Assembly (NCBI GenBank): GCA_013265495.1
Contig: MU058213.1
Span: 1,364,001 to 1,428,000, forward strand
Direction: 5' to 3'
Source: Vicugna vicugna
Lineage: Eukaryota
Length of the DNA: 64,000 bases
The translations under genes were made by a program, and so were the position numbers. Below the pieces are notes generated by a model. That model did not search any database. It was not told the DNA's origin and saw nothing but the letters and a program-made list of their open reading frames with translations. Numbering within the stretch: the first letter of the stretch is position 1; each line of letters starts with the position of its first letter. Of the stretch, positions 47,940-60,952 are shown one piece after another.

Positions 47940-48800
47940 GATTAATGTCTATAAACGAGGTATGAATATCACCAAATTAATTAGTGAAGGTTATATTTAC
48001 ACTTCACCAAATGTCAGTTCGAGTTATTTGAGTGAAGATTTCCTCAACTTATTGCAGTCAGTCACCACTGCCCCTCGGTAATAGGCAGCATGCTTGAATT
48101 TTACCAGTCTGTGTGAACTGCTGCCTTGCATTTCTTAGCAAAGGCTGAGCCTCAGTCAATATTTTTACAGTAGGACAGTTCTTTGGAAGACGCTGGGTGT
48201 TACTTAACCTAATAAATGACTATCCTTCAAGCAGAATTACAAGCAATGCCCCAATTAATGAAGGTGGTAACAGCCGCTCTTGGTTTACAATGGCCCCGTT
48301 GCCCAAGTTGGTCACTGGCTGGATTGTCCAAGTCCCCAGTGATTTACGAATCCCAAGGAAAGTGGAGAAAACATAAAATTTATTTTTCCACAATTTGAGG
48401 CATGAGCCTCCCTAGCATTTCAGAGTCCTACATTTCTGTGATGGGCTTTGATTCAATCCAGCCTGAATGAAAGACATTTCATCACCCCAGAATGCATTTC
48501 TTTATTTGCCTTGGATCTATGATTCTGTCAGTATTGAGAGAAAAGAAAAATCAATGCTGCACTATAAACCTCGGGCCGCCTCTGGCCAACGTGGTCAGCA
48601 TGGTGTGAGCAAAGGAAATGGCAGGGGAAAAAATTGACCGCTCAGCAAGAGTGTGGCCAGTAACGGACACAGCTCAGGGCTAATAACAGCTTGCAATTAC
48701 ACATGGAAAGCCAAAGCGTGTAGGGCATTCTGTGTGAGGGGGATGTAATACAATTTATTGAACCACTGGTTAGAGTTCTGCAGCTTCTCAATAAAAAAGA
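47940..48800. promoter_or_regulatory. Candidate conserved non-coding element / enhancer
   Basis: Repeat-free, several retained CpGs (e.g. cctcgggccgcctctggccaacgtgg), TAATTA/CAATTA homeodomain motifs. Confidence 0.4.
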
Positions 48801-48935
48801 GCATTGGGCCTGTACTCCTTAAAACACAGACTTATATGGTGCCGACAGGTGAAGGAGACTTGGAAAACTGGAAAGCCTTGTCTTAGCTGAAGAACAATCA
48901 GGAGAAAGTGACCTATTTAAATTTAAAAGTGGGCA

Positions 48936-49040
48936 TCTATCTATCTATGTATCTATCTATCAGATTTGGTGCACATAGCATTTTAGCATGCATTGATTAT
49001 ATATATATGTATGTGTATATATGTGTGTGTGTGTATGTCT
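48936..49040. repeat. Compound microsatellite (TATC)n ... (TA)n(TG)n
   Basis: Direct reading. Confidence 0.9.
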
Positions 49041-50339
49041 GTATCCCCATAAAGTTCCAGTCTGGGGTTCTGTCTCTGACCATATGTAAAACCAAGTTAA
49101 TGAGCTGAGCAAATATATGGATACTGAATGTATATATTTTGCGGTAGAGTACACAAGGTTCTTTCTCCGTTCTAACTAAGTACCTAATTAGCAGCATTAC
49201 AAATGCATTTTGTCTCTGTCATCCATTTTCTTGACTCCTCAGTGCAGGATCCATTTCTTGCTGGTCTGTAACAAACAGTGATGCAGAGAAACAGAACTAG
49301 GAGTGACCAACATGTTCTGATTAGCCATTAGGGTCTTCGGAGGAAATAAGAAGGAAGTGGATTTGAACACTGAGGCTGTTTCCTTTCTTTTTGAGCTTAG
49401 GTGGGGTTCATGTTTGTTGGGTGCTGAATTCTCCTGCTGGAGCAGAAGTTCTTTTCTGAGTGTGAAAAGATTTCCAGGGCTTGCTGCTTCTCCCTAGCTT
49501 TCCCATCTTTGCGCTTCTGCAGACCACGCTGCAAGTATCCTCTGAGTTCTCCTTTCTCGGGCAGATGCGGTGGACTCACTCTTTCTCAGCACCCCTCTGC
49601 AGCCACTGGATGCATGCATGTATGGCTTTCTCCCGATTACCAGATTTCCCACTACTTTCTTTTCTGTAAGTAGTAATTATTGTGAACCAGGTGGATCAAA
49701 TAGATACTAGCTAATTGAAATTTTTATGTAAATTATTTTTGTGCATGCTACCAGGAAAGACTTTAGGTAAAACTCTGAGCAGATCCCAGGCTTTCTGTTG
49801 CCGAGCTGTGTATGTGTAGATAGCATTTTCTAAAAGAAGACATTGTAACCATGTTTACTTGTCAATGAAGGGAGCATGTTTTAAACATTCTTGCTCTTGA
49901 GGTGGAGAATTTAAGTTGATGCCAGGTCCAGGAGGGAGAGAATAGTTCTCCAGTAATTATATGAAGTGGGGTGTATCCTTTAAGCTTGGGAAGTGTATCA
50001 CTTAGGCACATTGACCCCAAGGCACAGTACTGGCGTGGGCAAGTCAATGTCAGAGTTGGATGGGAGTCCGGGAGGATGGGCACCAGTGAGGGAGCAGAGA
50101 GCCATCTGTGAGCTCCATATTTGCTCTGGGTGGCTAAAGGCTGTATGAAATTAACTGAACCGAACTAGGTGACCTGTGAGCTCTCTGTCCCCCTCACAGC
50201 AAAGTCAAATGTGGGTGGAGAGAAGGGAGAGGAAAGGGAAACAGAGCGCTCAGTCCCAGCCTCTGCAAGTGGCTGAGCTGCATTCCTATTGTCCACTGCC
50301 GTGCACAGCTAAAGGAGCTAGGCTCTTCCTTTCCTTGAT

Positions 50340-50860
50340 TGTGTCCAGCGTAATCAGTCTCACTCTGACACGCATACACATACGTGATCTTCTCCTCTAA
50401 TTTCTCTCTTCTCCGCGCACAAGACTCGTGGGGGTGTTCACACATGCACGCGCACCCCACCCCTCCGCACAGCTGCTGACCTAGAGGTGTTAGCCACTCT
50501 GCAGCTGCTGTTCTTCTCACATTAATCTATAGGAATCAATGGACATTTCATTAGAGTAATCAAGTGCGGATGCATCCTGCATTTATATTCTGTCCCCCCT
50601 CCCCGCTGCTTTCACAGACTAATTGGTCCTACAGCCAAGAGTACATGGATATTTTTCCCTATAGATGAATGTCAAGAATGGTTTTTTACTGCTGGTTGAA
50701 ATACCTATCAATACAGCGTCTGTATAAAAGCCTTCGCCCATCAAAGCCACAGAGCTGTTGATAATACATTATGCACTTTTGGTTCTAATGCATCTCACTT
50801 CCTCTTTTACACCTTATTGCACATCCACGCACCATTTATGTTTGTCTCATTCGAAGAATT
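50340..50860. promoter_or_regulatory. Candidate enhancer/promoter-like element
   Basis: One of the most CpG-retaining non-repeat stretches; TATAAAAG 50723-50730, TCF/LEF ATCAAAG 50740-50746, TAAT-core motifs. Confidence 0.45.
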
Positions 50861-51819
50861 AACTAGCTCTGGGCTGCCTTTGTTTTAATGTTTTGCTCCA
50901 GAAATAATTTTTCCCCTTTGTACATGTTGTCGGTTGTTACAGGGCAGCTGTGGGAAGGCGCTGGAAAGGGAAGTGGCATGGTATTCATGTGGGGGCTATA
51001 CCTTTCAGCTTTGTTTCTTCCTATCTCACCATTAAATACACTTTCTTGCCAGGGCCATGTGCCAGGTGAAGGGTACAGAAAACATCTTTGTTCTGAGTGG
51101 ACTTTTTGTGACTGGGGTTTGATAAAGCAAGCAGACAAAAGAGGTTCCTGCTTCCCTCTTTGTAAACGTGTGGCTAGGTGTGGTAATGGTCAGTGGCTGA
51201 TGGGAAAAAGAAAAGTCAAACAGATAAAAAAGAGCCTTGGCTTTAAAATGTGTGCATGACTATAGAGGCGGTGACCTCTGTGTGGTGTGGGCTGAAATGA
51301 TGACCGCAGTCCCCGCTCATCCCTGACCCCTACCCAACCATGTCCATCCTGTGGCATGACCAGGAAAACACTGGGAAAAGTAAAGCTGGGAGTTTGCTCT
51401 TTGAGAAATTTGGCAGGCTTTGTTGACTTCCGGGAAGCAGGGAGGGGTTGAACTTGCAAATGGCCCCTTTTCTGAAGCTTTAGTTTGCTGGAAAATGGGA
51501 ACAAGTGGTGCGGGTGCTCAGATAATGAGCTGGGTTGTTCCTGGGAGCAAACAGGAGGTCAATGAGGGGATTGTCTGAACCAGTTGTTTTACCCCTATGT
51601 AGGCAATTGGGTTAGACAAAAAATAGAAGGCAGAGGACCAGGTTCTAGCAGATGTCTTTGTTCTACTTCATCATTGTTCTTACATCTGCTTTTTCCACAA
51701 GGCATATTTGTGGAATTCAGGAAGATGATGATACCCTCCTTTGATGCTGAGACATTATGTGTCACTGTTCATAGTCCTTAAGAGTAGTGAGCCAAGAAGT
51801 CTATGACCACTGCCCTCAG

Positions 51820-52045
51820 AGTAGAGTCAGAAGTCCCTGGGCCCAAGGCCACATTCTAACACTTTCTCTGTGTGGGCAAATCATCTAATGGTTTTGAGCC
51901 CCAGCCCCTGTTTCCTCATTTGCAAAATGGGAACAATATTAACACCTTCCCTTCAGGCTGTTACAAGGATGGGAGTTCAGATATTCTAAACTGCTTTATG
52001 AAATGAGAAATACCATGTAAATCTAAAGTATTGTGATTATGATTA
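51820..52045 (+). mobile_element. MIR SINE
   Basis: 'gagtcagaagtccctggg...tgggcaaatcatctaa...tgtttcctcatttgcaaaatgggaacaata'. Confidence 0.8.
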
Positions 52046-52839
52046 TAACAGGGATAATATAAAATTATAATATATAATTGAATATGTATCAACTATATAT
52101 ATATATTAAAGGCCCAGAATATAAAAGGCCCTTGGGAATCCAGACCGATTGTAACTTGGAGTCTGCCTTGAATTAAGAACCAGAGAACGGTTCAAAGAAC
52201 TAGAGTGGTGGGCAGGTGATGACCACTGTGGTTGAAGCTATGAGACTAGTAAGGAACCAGGAGCTTTGTTTTTGAATTTTTGGCCCAATAGTGCCCTTTT
52301 GGATCATTTTTTTAAAAGTTGTTTGCTTACTTTCTTACCTTCTGGCATTTGTGGGGTCTACAGATTACAGTCAGGGCTTTCTTTAGGTGCCAATACAAAA
52401 CAGACTTAGCCATCTGTCCCTCAGATGAGTATGTCTCTCCTGAGATGAAGATGCATCTTGGACCTTCTTGTATTTATCTTATTTCCAAGACCTTGTTGAC
52501 TTGGTCCCAGTGTTGGAAACTAGGCACAAAGCTACTTTTGATTCTGTGGACCTCAGCTTGGTTTGCAGAAGTAGAGGAAATTATTTCCTCTCGCTGATTC
52601 TTGGCCCTAGTGGGATTGCAAAAGTGACAATGAAGACCAGAAGCGATTGTCCTGTGTGTACAGTCTAAAAGCCTTGGGTATTCATGGAAGCCAGACCCAT
52701 GGATTAACATAGGAGCAAGGTCTTTGGGATATGTATCCCAAGCTTTCTGAAGTTGACATCCCTAGAGGTAACCATACGTCCCCTTGACTCATGACATGGG
52801 ATCCACCATACAAGGAAGGTTCCTGCTCTATGATGGTGG

Positions 52840-53180
52840 TGCTGTAGAAAGAGAATGGCTTATAGAGTCAGACAACTGGTGTGTGGATTTCAGATCCAGT
52901 GGTTCCAAGTGAGCTTTGGGATTTTGAACAGCTTATAGAACATTCCAAAGCCTCAGACTATACATGAATAAAATGAGGATAATAATTGTACCTATCTCAT
53001 ATTGTGTTGTGAGAATTGAGCAAGATAATATAATAAAGTTGTTAGCATAGTGCCCAGAATACTGGCTTAATAAATATTGCCACTTATTATTATTCATAAA
53101 GTTTTATTAGAATTAAATGAGATACTTTATAGAAGCTATACGTGGTATAGCTTCTCACACACAATAGGCACTTGTGAACT
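52840..53180 (+). mobile_element. MIR SINE (with a second partial 3' segment)
   Basis: 'tagagtcagac...aaaatgaggataataattgtacctatctcatattgtgttgtgagaattgag...gttagcatagtgccca'. Confidence 0.8.
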
Positions 53181-54228
53181 ATTATACAGCCTCCACACCC
53201 CTACCCCCACCACCACCGTCAAGAAAAGATAGTTTAAAAAAAATCTTGTAACCATTTCTCTGTGACCTTTCCCCTCCAAAATCCTTATGGTTTGCCCAAA
53301 AGGGAAATGGAAGATGATTCCTCATTTCCCCTGACATCTTCTGAGACAGATTTCCCTCCCTGCACCTTATTTCAATGTCTGTTCAGCTGTGCACTTGAGC
53401 AATCTTGCTACACTGTGTACATTACTGAGATAATTTCTTGGAGCAAAATTGCAGCCAGGGGAAAGTTCTGGGAATTGCACAGTGCTTGGGCATGAGAATT
53501 CCAATGGGCTTTTTTTTTTCTTCTAGTTTTAACAGCAAACATCATTGGAACGCTGCTGATACCTGAGGGCTGTGGGGTCTGTGTAATTTTCTTCAGGAAT
53601 TGGACTGAAAGTTGCTGTGAACTTCTCAGTTCAGTGTCTGGTCTGTTGTCCTATGAGCACTTCGGGCAGCCTGGCTTAGTAATGTGGTGATTCGTTTACT
53701 TACTGAATCTCTTGAGCAACTGCTGTCTGTTGTTATTTAGAAACAAATTCCAATTTATTACCATGAATGTTGAGGAGGAGATGGAAAAATAGAAAGATAT
53801 TTGGAGGATGGAATGTGAAGGAGAAACTCCATCTCTAGGGGTCTCTGAGAGTGAGACAGTAAAATGGAGGGAGCTGCTTTGGTGGGAGCTGGAAGCAGGG
53901 AACGTTAAGGACCAGGTAGAGGCTTTCAAAGGAAGAAATTCTGCAGAGGAGCTAATATGGAGGAGGTGGCAGAGCAGAGAGGTGAGGGGGCAGGAGGGTG
54001 GAGCATGTTGAGTTGCTGGTTGTGAATAGGAAGCAGTGGAACAGATAGGCCTTGCACCACAGGGAGAAGCACCTACTCCCGTACTTGCCCCTGTGTTGAG
54101 CACACACAGAAATAACTTCCCATGTTGTGTTTCTTTCCTGAACCCATTGTCTTTATTCTGTATTATTGATTATCTTCTAAATGTTAGATACATTCTTAAC
54201 AAGATCATAAGCTCCCTATAGCAGAAAC

Positions 54229-54692
54229 TGTCAGTGCCCTACTCACACCCTCTCCTCATTCACAGTTTCTGGAAAGGCTGAAGGCTTCTTGCTGCCAGGA
54301 CCTGCAACCCTCTGTCTGAGAAACATCTGTGGGTGTAGGAGTGTGCTTGTTGCTATATAGGCAGGCCAGAGGTGCTAGGGAATAAACAACCTGCTTGTAT
54401 GACCCTCAGCCAATGATGGATGGGAGTTGGTGGATAGATACCCCAGCTTTCTGACCTCTTACAGGGTCCTTCCTGAGGTGTGGCTTCACTACCTCTCACA
54501 AGTCCCCAGTAGGATGAAACTCCCACTGCCCTCAGCAGCAACCTGCTCACTAACACATTCTGTGTGCCATTCTTTCCCTGCCCTCTCTCACTTCCCTTCT
54601 CCTCTACCACTGCTTCCTGATATCACCTCCAAAATAAACTACTTGCACTCAAATCTTTGCCTCAGGCTGTTTCTGGCAAAGCCTAACAGAAA
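54229..54692 (+). mobile_element. LTR16-like ERVL solo LTR
   Basis: 'ccctcagccaatgatggatgggagttggtggatagataccccagct...tcacctccaaaataaactacttgcactcaaatctttgcctcagg'. Confidence 0.85.
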
Positions 54693-54924
54693 GTAGCCTT
54701 TTTGTGTAAGCTTTTGTTCATCCATCCATTCTTGTTAATGATGTCTCACTATGCCAGACTGTGTGCAAGATGCTGAGCTGGGAGAGTTTCTTTCTTCTTC
54801 TCATCCCCACCCCTCACTTCCATCACCACTGCTACTGCTACCACCACCACAGGACCAGGCAAAGTGCCTTATTCACAGGAAGTGCTCAGTAAACACCTGT
54901 AAATGAAATGAAATGCCTCTAAAA

Positions 54925-55085
54925 GAACACTGGAGTACAAGTTGAGGGGGCCTCCCCGTCAGTCTTAGTCATTTTATTTTTTCACTGTGTGACCTTAAAC
55001 AAGACATTTTCCTATTTGGGCACCAGTTCTTTCATGGAAGAAAAAGGGGGGATTGGATGACATGACCTCTAAAATTTCATCTAGG
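54925..55085 (+). mobile_element. MIR fragment
   Basis: 'ctgtgtgaccttaaacaagacattttcc...ggattggatgacatgacctctaa'. Confidence 0.65.
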
Positions 55086-55462
55086 TAGGAATACATACAG
55101 TCATAGAGTATGGAGTATATATAAAGGGCCATTCTTTTTCAAACGTATGTTTCTTAGTCTTCTTGAATAAAAATCCTAGTATTGTGCCTGTGGCTCTGGT
55201 TGAATGCAGATCATTTATTCTGCAGAAAAATGTATTACATCAAAGCAAGGGGAAAACACAATCCAATAACATTTGATTTGCAAACTGAATATTCATAGGA
55301 TTTTGCTTTGGTGTTACAAATTCCTGTTTTTCTAATTAGGGTAGTGAACTGAAAGGTATCATAATATAAGCAGCTTTCATCTCTGGGAACCTCCCATGCC
55401 AGGAAAAATAGAAACAAGTCCTGGCTAAAACCCCAGCCATGTTTTTTATTCTTTGTCTCTAG

Positions 55463-56125
55463 CAAAGGTGGTTGTGGAACAACTAGACGGATTGATGTCC
55501 TGGAAAGTGATGAGGGAGATCCGGGCCTGGCTTCACATGTCGCAATCAGTGCCCTCCACTCCGACCTGGAGGGCACCACCTTGCAGTGTGAGGGAGCTCG
55601 GGCTCCGCATCCATTAACTCCTTGGCTTCTCGTTTGAAACTGACAACGAGGTGACATGGGCAACTGTCCACATGGAACAGGACAGAGACCGTCAACTCAT
55701 TCCACATGGGCCACCAGACAGCACCTAGAAGTAATAGCATTCTGTCAATAGTGACCTGAGTTGGATTCAAATCAGTGATTTAGGGGTGAAAGGCGCCAGA
55801 TTCTATTATGAAGTGCCCTTAGCTATCTAGGGGCTGAAAAAGCATCCCTGTGCCACAGTTAATAACAGAATCAAAAAAATGAGTCTTGTTCTTTCCTTTT
55901 TTAAAAAAATTTGATACAGTTTTGGATTGAGCTAGAAATGGATCCACCAACAGAATGTGGCAGAGAAGATTGGTTAATATATTTCAACCGAATATGTTGT
56001 ATTGATTTGCAAAATACATCTTCACATTGTTTGTCATTTTTACTTCTTTCTTCTTTATCATGGAGTTTTCTGAGCTGAATATAACTATGATTTGTTGTTT
56101 GAATAAAATTTTGTTTTTTCTTAAG
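55463..56125 (+). other. Candidate spliced (possibly terminal) exon of an unidentified transcript
   Basis: Strong acceptor gttttttattctttgtctctAG|c; locally CpG-rich, repeat-free body; frames open to TGA 55637 or TAA 55617; AATAAA at 56102-56107 followed by T/GT-rich sequence; possible donor GAG|gtgaca at 55650/55651. Confidence 0.35.
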
Positions 56126-59100
56126 GTCAAATTCATGAATTTCCAGTACAGACTTCTGTTTTTAGGGTTTATTGTTGAGTCACCAAAAACAGGGCATTCC
56201 ACATGGTCAGCCTAACAGAGACAGTGCTTCCAAAAAGGGACCCCAAAGGTGTTCAGCCCAAGCCAGGGTAGGAGAATTGTTCAGACCCTAAACCTTGGGG
56301 TGCTGCAGAGCTGAAAGTGAAGAGACCATTCTCCACATCTGTTTGTTTTCATCATTAACTGAAATGAAATGTGTGCTTTGCAAACAAAATACTAGAGATT
56401 AAGGGGTCCATATTTCTTACCACTGGTTCACTTCTCTTTCTTTTCCCCTGCCCATTTGAATCTTAACCTTGTAAATAACATCATGATCTGGGAAATAACT
56501 GAACAATTCATCTAGGACTGCTTGCAAATTAAGATAAAATAACTAGAAAAGCTGTGTCTCTTTCTTAAAGACTGAAAACCAGGACAGTAATAATGTTTTA
56601 AACTGCACGTTAGGGCTTTGTATCCCTTTGTTCTTAAACTGTATAATTCCTTTAATCTGAGGATTTCAAATCCTTTATGAGACAGGCTTCCACTGCCTTC
56701 TACACAGCGCTGTGTGGTAAAGAGATGGTAATGAACATTCTCATTTCTCATGTGAATTTGGTGGAGTTGTGGGTAAAAGTTGTCTCTCACTCCCAGTTTT
56801 TTAATCTGCTTTATTTTACCAGGCTCATGTTTTCACAGGGCTCCCGGACCAAATATTATGCTCAAAATAATTTCCATGTCAGCCCTCTGCATCACTGTGC
56901 TTGCAGGCAGTCATGAAGGGATGCTTCTGGGGGCACAGCACAAAGCAGAGAAAGTGGTGACTTCCAACAGGATACGATGTTTAAGAAAGTTAAAAAGGCT
57001 AAATCCTTCCCTGATCAAGGCCTGAAATTCCATCTGTTTTCATTTCTTTGTTGTTGATCCCAATTAAAATAAAACCGGACTCAACAGAACTGTCATATAT
57101 TTCAGTGTGAATGGTCTAAGAGGACAAACTTTGGAAAGTGAGGATAGTGAAGAATGCAGTGCGGAAGGAATAGACAAAGAATGAGGAAACTCACTCTGGA
57201 CACCAACTGAAAGAGAATATAGTGAGAAAGGCTTTGGAAACCTCTTTGGCCAAAGAGACTATTACCTATTTTGCAGTTTGGCTCAAATAGACTTGAGTTC
57301 AGTTGGCCTTGCCTCCAAGGGCTGGCACAACAGTTTCTTAAGCTGCTGCATGGGTATTTCAGAACATTCCTCTGGGTTTCTTTGTCCACTGATTTAATCT
57401 TTAGTTAGCAAAGTGACTTGGATGTGAAATGCCTGGCTAATAGTCAAGTCTCTCTGCAAACGAGTAAAGACATTGCAAGGGGCCAACAAAGGTTGGATAG
57501 CAGCACCCAGAGAGGCCCTTGAATGATAGAGAATGACAGTTATTTTGGCAGAGACTAGGGAGAAGGTGTTTGTGTTTGGGAGCTGTTTGTAGATGGGGAT
57601 TCACTGTGGCCATTTTTGTAAGGCAGTCCTGCAGCAAGGTGTATACTCTCTAACACCCTTTTCTTCACTTATTCTTTCTTTCCCTTGTTTATATAATGTG
57701 TACAATTTACAAAGCGTAAACATTCAGTATTTAATTTTAGCTACATAGCTTCCCTACAAAAATTTTGGGGAGATTTAGCAAACAAATAAACATCCCTTTC
57801 CTTCTTGCTTTGTTCCGCCCACAAAGAGACCTGATCTATCTGTTCAGAGCCAAATGGATGTAATTAGGTGAAGAATCGTTTTCTCTCTGTATCTGAACAA
57901 ATATGTTTTGCAGTGCACCTATTTCTCAAGGGCAGTGGGCTGGGACGACCAGTGACTGCTGGGGGATGGCTGCTGACCTTCAGGCCAGGCCGACTTTAAT
58001 TTGCAGAACACTGCTGTTCCCAGGAGGCTCTGCAGGCTGGGCCACACAATCAAACTGAACCAGCAGCCTGCTGCTGTCCAGCTGTACCCACCACCTTGCA
58101 GGACATGAAGATGCAGCTAACTAGACATTGCTGTGGCACAGACTTTGGAATTATGAATTGGGAAATTAAGCACCATAAGAATTCAGCCCTTTATGCAGGA
58201 GCCAAAAAGCCTTGTTGTCTCAGTGGCGCGTCTTTCCGACTGCATTATTTAACAGGAGAGCCTCTGTAGATGCAACTCACACATTCCAAGTTTTGATTGC
58301 AAATCCTGTGTGCTCGTTTCAAAAAGTGATGCTTTGATGCTTTAAGTGAACTTGATAATTAGATTCCAATTATGTAAATGATCTGAAAAAGGAATAGTGG
58401 TTTAAAGCAATGACATCTACCTGGGGGTTGCAAATTTTTTTTAACGTGGGAGATTCCTGTCATCTCTAGATGAGAAAAGTAACTGAATATCTCCCAGCTG
58501 ATCTGATTATCACATCTGTCTTAATGAACAGGTTGGGCTGCCACATGAGCAGTCCAGTTGATTGCTGCACAACCAGTTGAAATGAAGAAAAAAAAATAGC
58601 AGATTTACTAGGCAGGGGTGGATTCAGTTATGGTACCCAGACACCTCCTTTGTGTGTAAACATATGCTTGTGTGTGGGTTTGTTTGTGTGTGAAAGAATG
58701 TGTACTCTGGTATGAAATTTTGTTCTCAACTCAGGAAAATTGAAGACAGATAGAAACTGAAGACAGTTACAGCTTGTGGGCCAATTTAAGCTATAAAGTG
58801 TTCAGCCAAAATAAATGTCAGGGACAAAATACTATAATCATTGCTATTACATATGGGCAATTAGATTAAATGTCAGTGAAATATTAACTACCACATGTTG
58901 TTAGATTGGAATTAGAGGAAGAGAATTCTCTTGGATGTACATTGCATATAGAAAGTGACAGGAATGTAAATAAAAGGGCTGTGCACAATTTTTGAATAAG
59001 CTGGTTGTCAGACACCGTACAGTGACATTGTCCTCTGCACCTTGACAGGTTGTACCTGCCTTTGTGTAGCACTTATTACTCTTTAAAAAAAACCTGTTTA

Positions 59101-59169
59101 TGTGTCTGTCTTTCTGCTAGACAGTGAGATTCTTGAGGCCAGGAGATGCACCTTCTTTTTTGTTCTTGA

Positions 59170-59415
59170 TAATAATAGTAGTAGCTAACAAAGGAACTGC
59201 TATTCCAGGAATATTTCTCTAGCATCAACTCTCTTGACTCTCACAACAACCCTATTAGATGAAGACTATCAGTAAGCCCATTATACAGATGAAGAAGATG
59301 AAGCACAGAGAGACTGAATAACTTGTTCAAACTCTCAGAGCTTGTTAGTGGTGGATTCAGGATTTGTATCCAGGCAGACTGACTCCAGAATCTATGTTCT
59401 GAAACATTCTACTGC
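59170..59415 (-). mobile_element. MIR SINE (inside an L2 3' remnant ~59050-59480)
   Basis: 'ctcacaacaaccctattag...cccattatacagatgaagaagatgaagcacagagag...tccaggcagactgactccagaatc'. Confidence 0.85.
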
Positions 59416-60149
59416 TTTCTTATTCTTTGCAGTACTTGCACTTGCAAATAGTATTTACTCAGTAAATGTTACTGAAAGAAGGTGTCTGCTAGTAAATCTT
59501 AGCCTATGCCTTTACAACTATAAAGATTAAAGTATAGGAAGAGTAGTCTGATGTTCAGAATCAAGGTGTCTCACTTTTAGGGTTATGTGACCAAGCTGTA
59601 GAGAACCAGAATGACAAGTCTTCTGTTGGTAAAAGCTCATAACACTTGCCTTTACGCTAAAGGTGTTTGATAAATATTAGTTACTTTTCCATTTCTTCTT
59701 GACTTCCTTACTTTTAACTTCACTTTTTGGAGATTTGATATGGCTTATAAAATACACACAACAAAATTTAAATAAAAATTAGAATTAGCCTATATATGAA
59801 TATAATAGAAAATAGAGTAGGTAGCAGGCACAAAAATGCAGATCTTAGAGTTTTATATAAATATTATACTTGCTCACCAAAGTTGGTGCTAAACTTCTTG
59901 TTAGCAAAGGTAAAGAGATATCTCATCAGCTACATACTCACATTGCCCATAGAGAGGAAATATTGAGAGTGGAGAGGATGGAGGATACTTGTTCCTCAGG
60001 GAAAACAAAGTTTTTCTTTCTGTGCATCTCAAAGATAGTTCTCATCCTTGTCTACATATATGAGTCATAGAGTGGTTAAATAATGTCTTCTATGGCTTTA
60101 TGGGAAAAAAAAGCAATAGACTTCGTAAACTTGCTTTTTATAGTGTCTT

Positions 60150-60952
60150 TTTAAATTGAGGTATAATTGATATATAACATTATATTCGTTTCAGGTATAC
60201 AACATAGTGATTCAATACTTGTGTATATTGCAAAATGATCACCACAATAAGTCTAGTTAATATCCACTGTGACACATAGTTACAAAAATTTTTTTCCTGT
60301 GATGAGAACTTTTAAGATCTACTCTCTTAGCAACTTTCAAATATACAAAATGGTGTTATTAACTATAGTCACCATGCCTACACATTACCTCCCTTTGACT
60401 TTTTAATTTTGTAACTAAGTTTGTACCTTTTGATTCCCTTTACCCGTTTCACCTCTCCACCCCTACCCTCCCACCTCTGGCAGCTACCAATCTGTTTTCT
60501 TTCTCTCTCTCTTTCTTTTAAGATTCCATATATAAGTGAGATTGTGCAGTATGTCTTTCTCTGTGTGACTTACTTCACTTAGCATAATGCCCTCAAGGTC
60601 CATCCATATTGTCACAGATGGCAAGATTTCTATCTTTCTTATGGATGAATAATATTCCATTGTATATATATACACCATATTTTCTTTATCCATTCATCCA
60701 CTGTTGGGCACTTAGGTTGTTTGCATATTTTGGCTATTGCAAATAATGCTGCAGTGAACTTGGGGGTGCATATATTTTTAAAATTAGTTTTCATTTTTTC
60801 TGGATAAACACACAAAAGTGGAGTTGCTAGATCATATGGTAGTTCTACTTTTAATTTTTTGAGGAACTTCATACTGTTTTCCATATTGGCTGTACCAATT
60901 TTTATTCCCACCAACAGTGCACAGGTGTTCCCTTATCTCCACATCCTTGCTA
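60150..60952 (-). mobile_element. 5'-truncated L1 (L1MA-like/laurasiatherian) ORF2 end + 3'UTR
   Basis: ORF-track peptides ...[16 protein letters not shown]... and ...WMDLEGIMLSEVS...; likely TSD tatagtgtctt (60139-60149) / tagagtgtctt (60953-60963). Confidence 0.92.

Noticed and set aside
60484..60914. Two overlapping minus-strand ORFs
   Set aside because: L1 ORF2 C-terminal remnants
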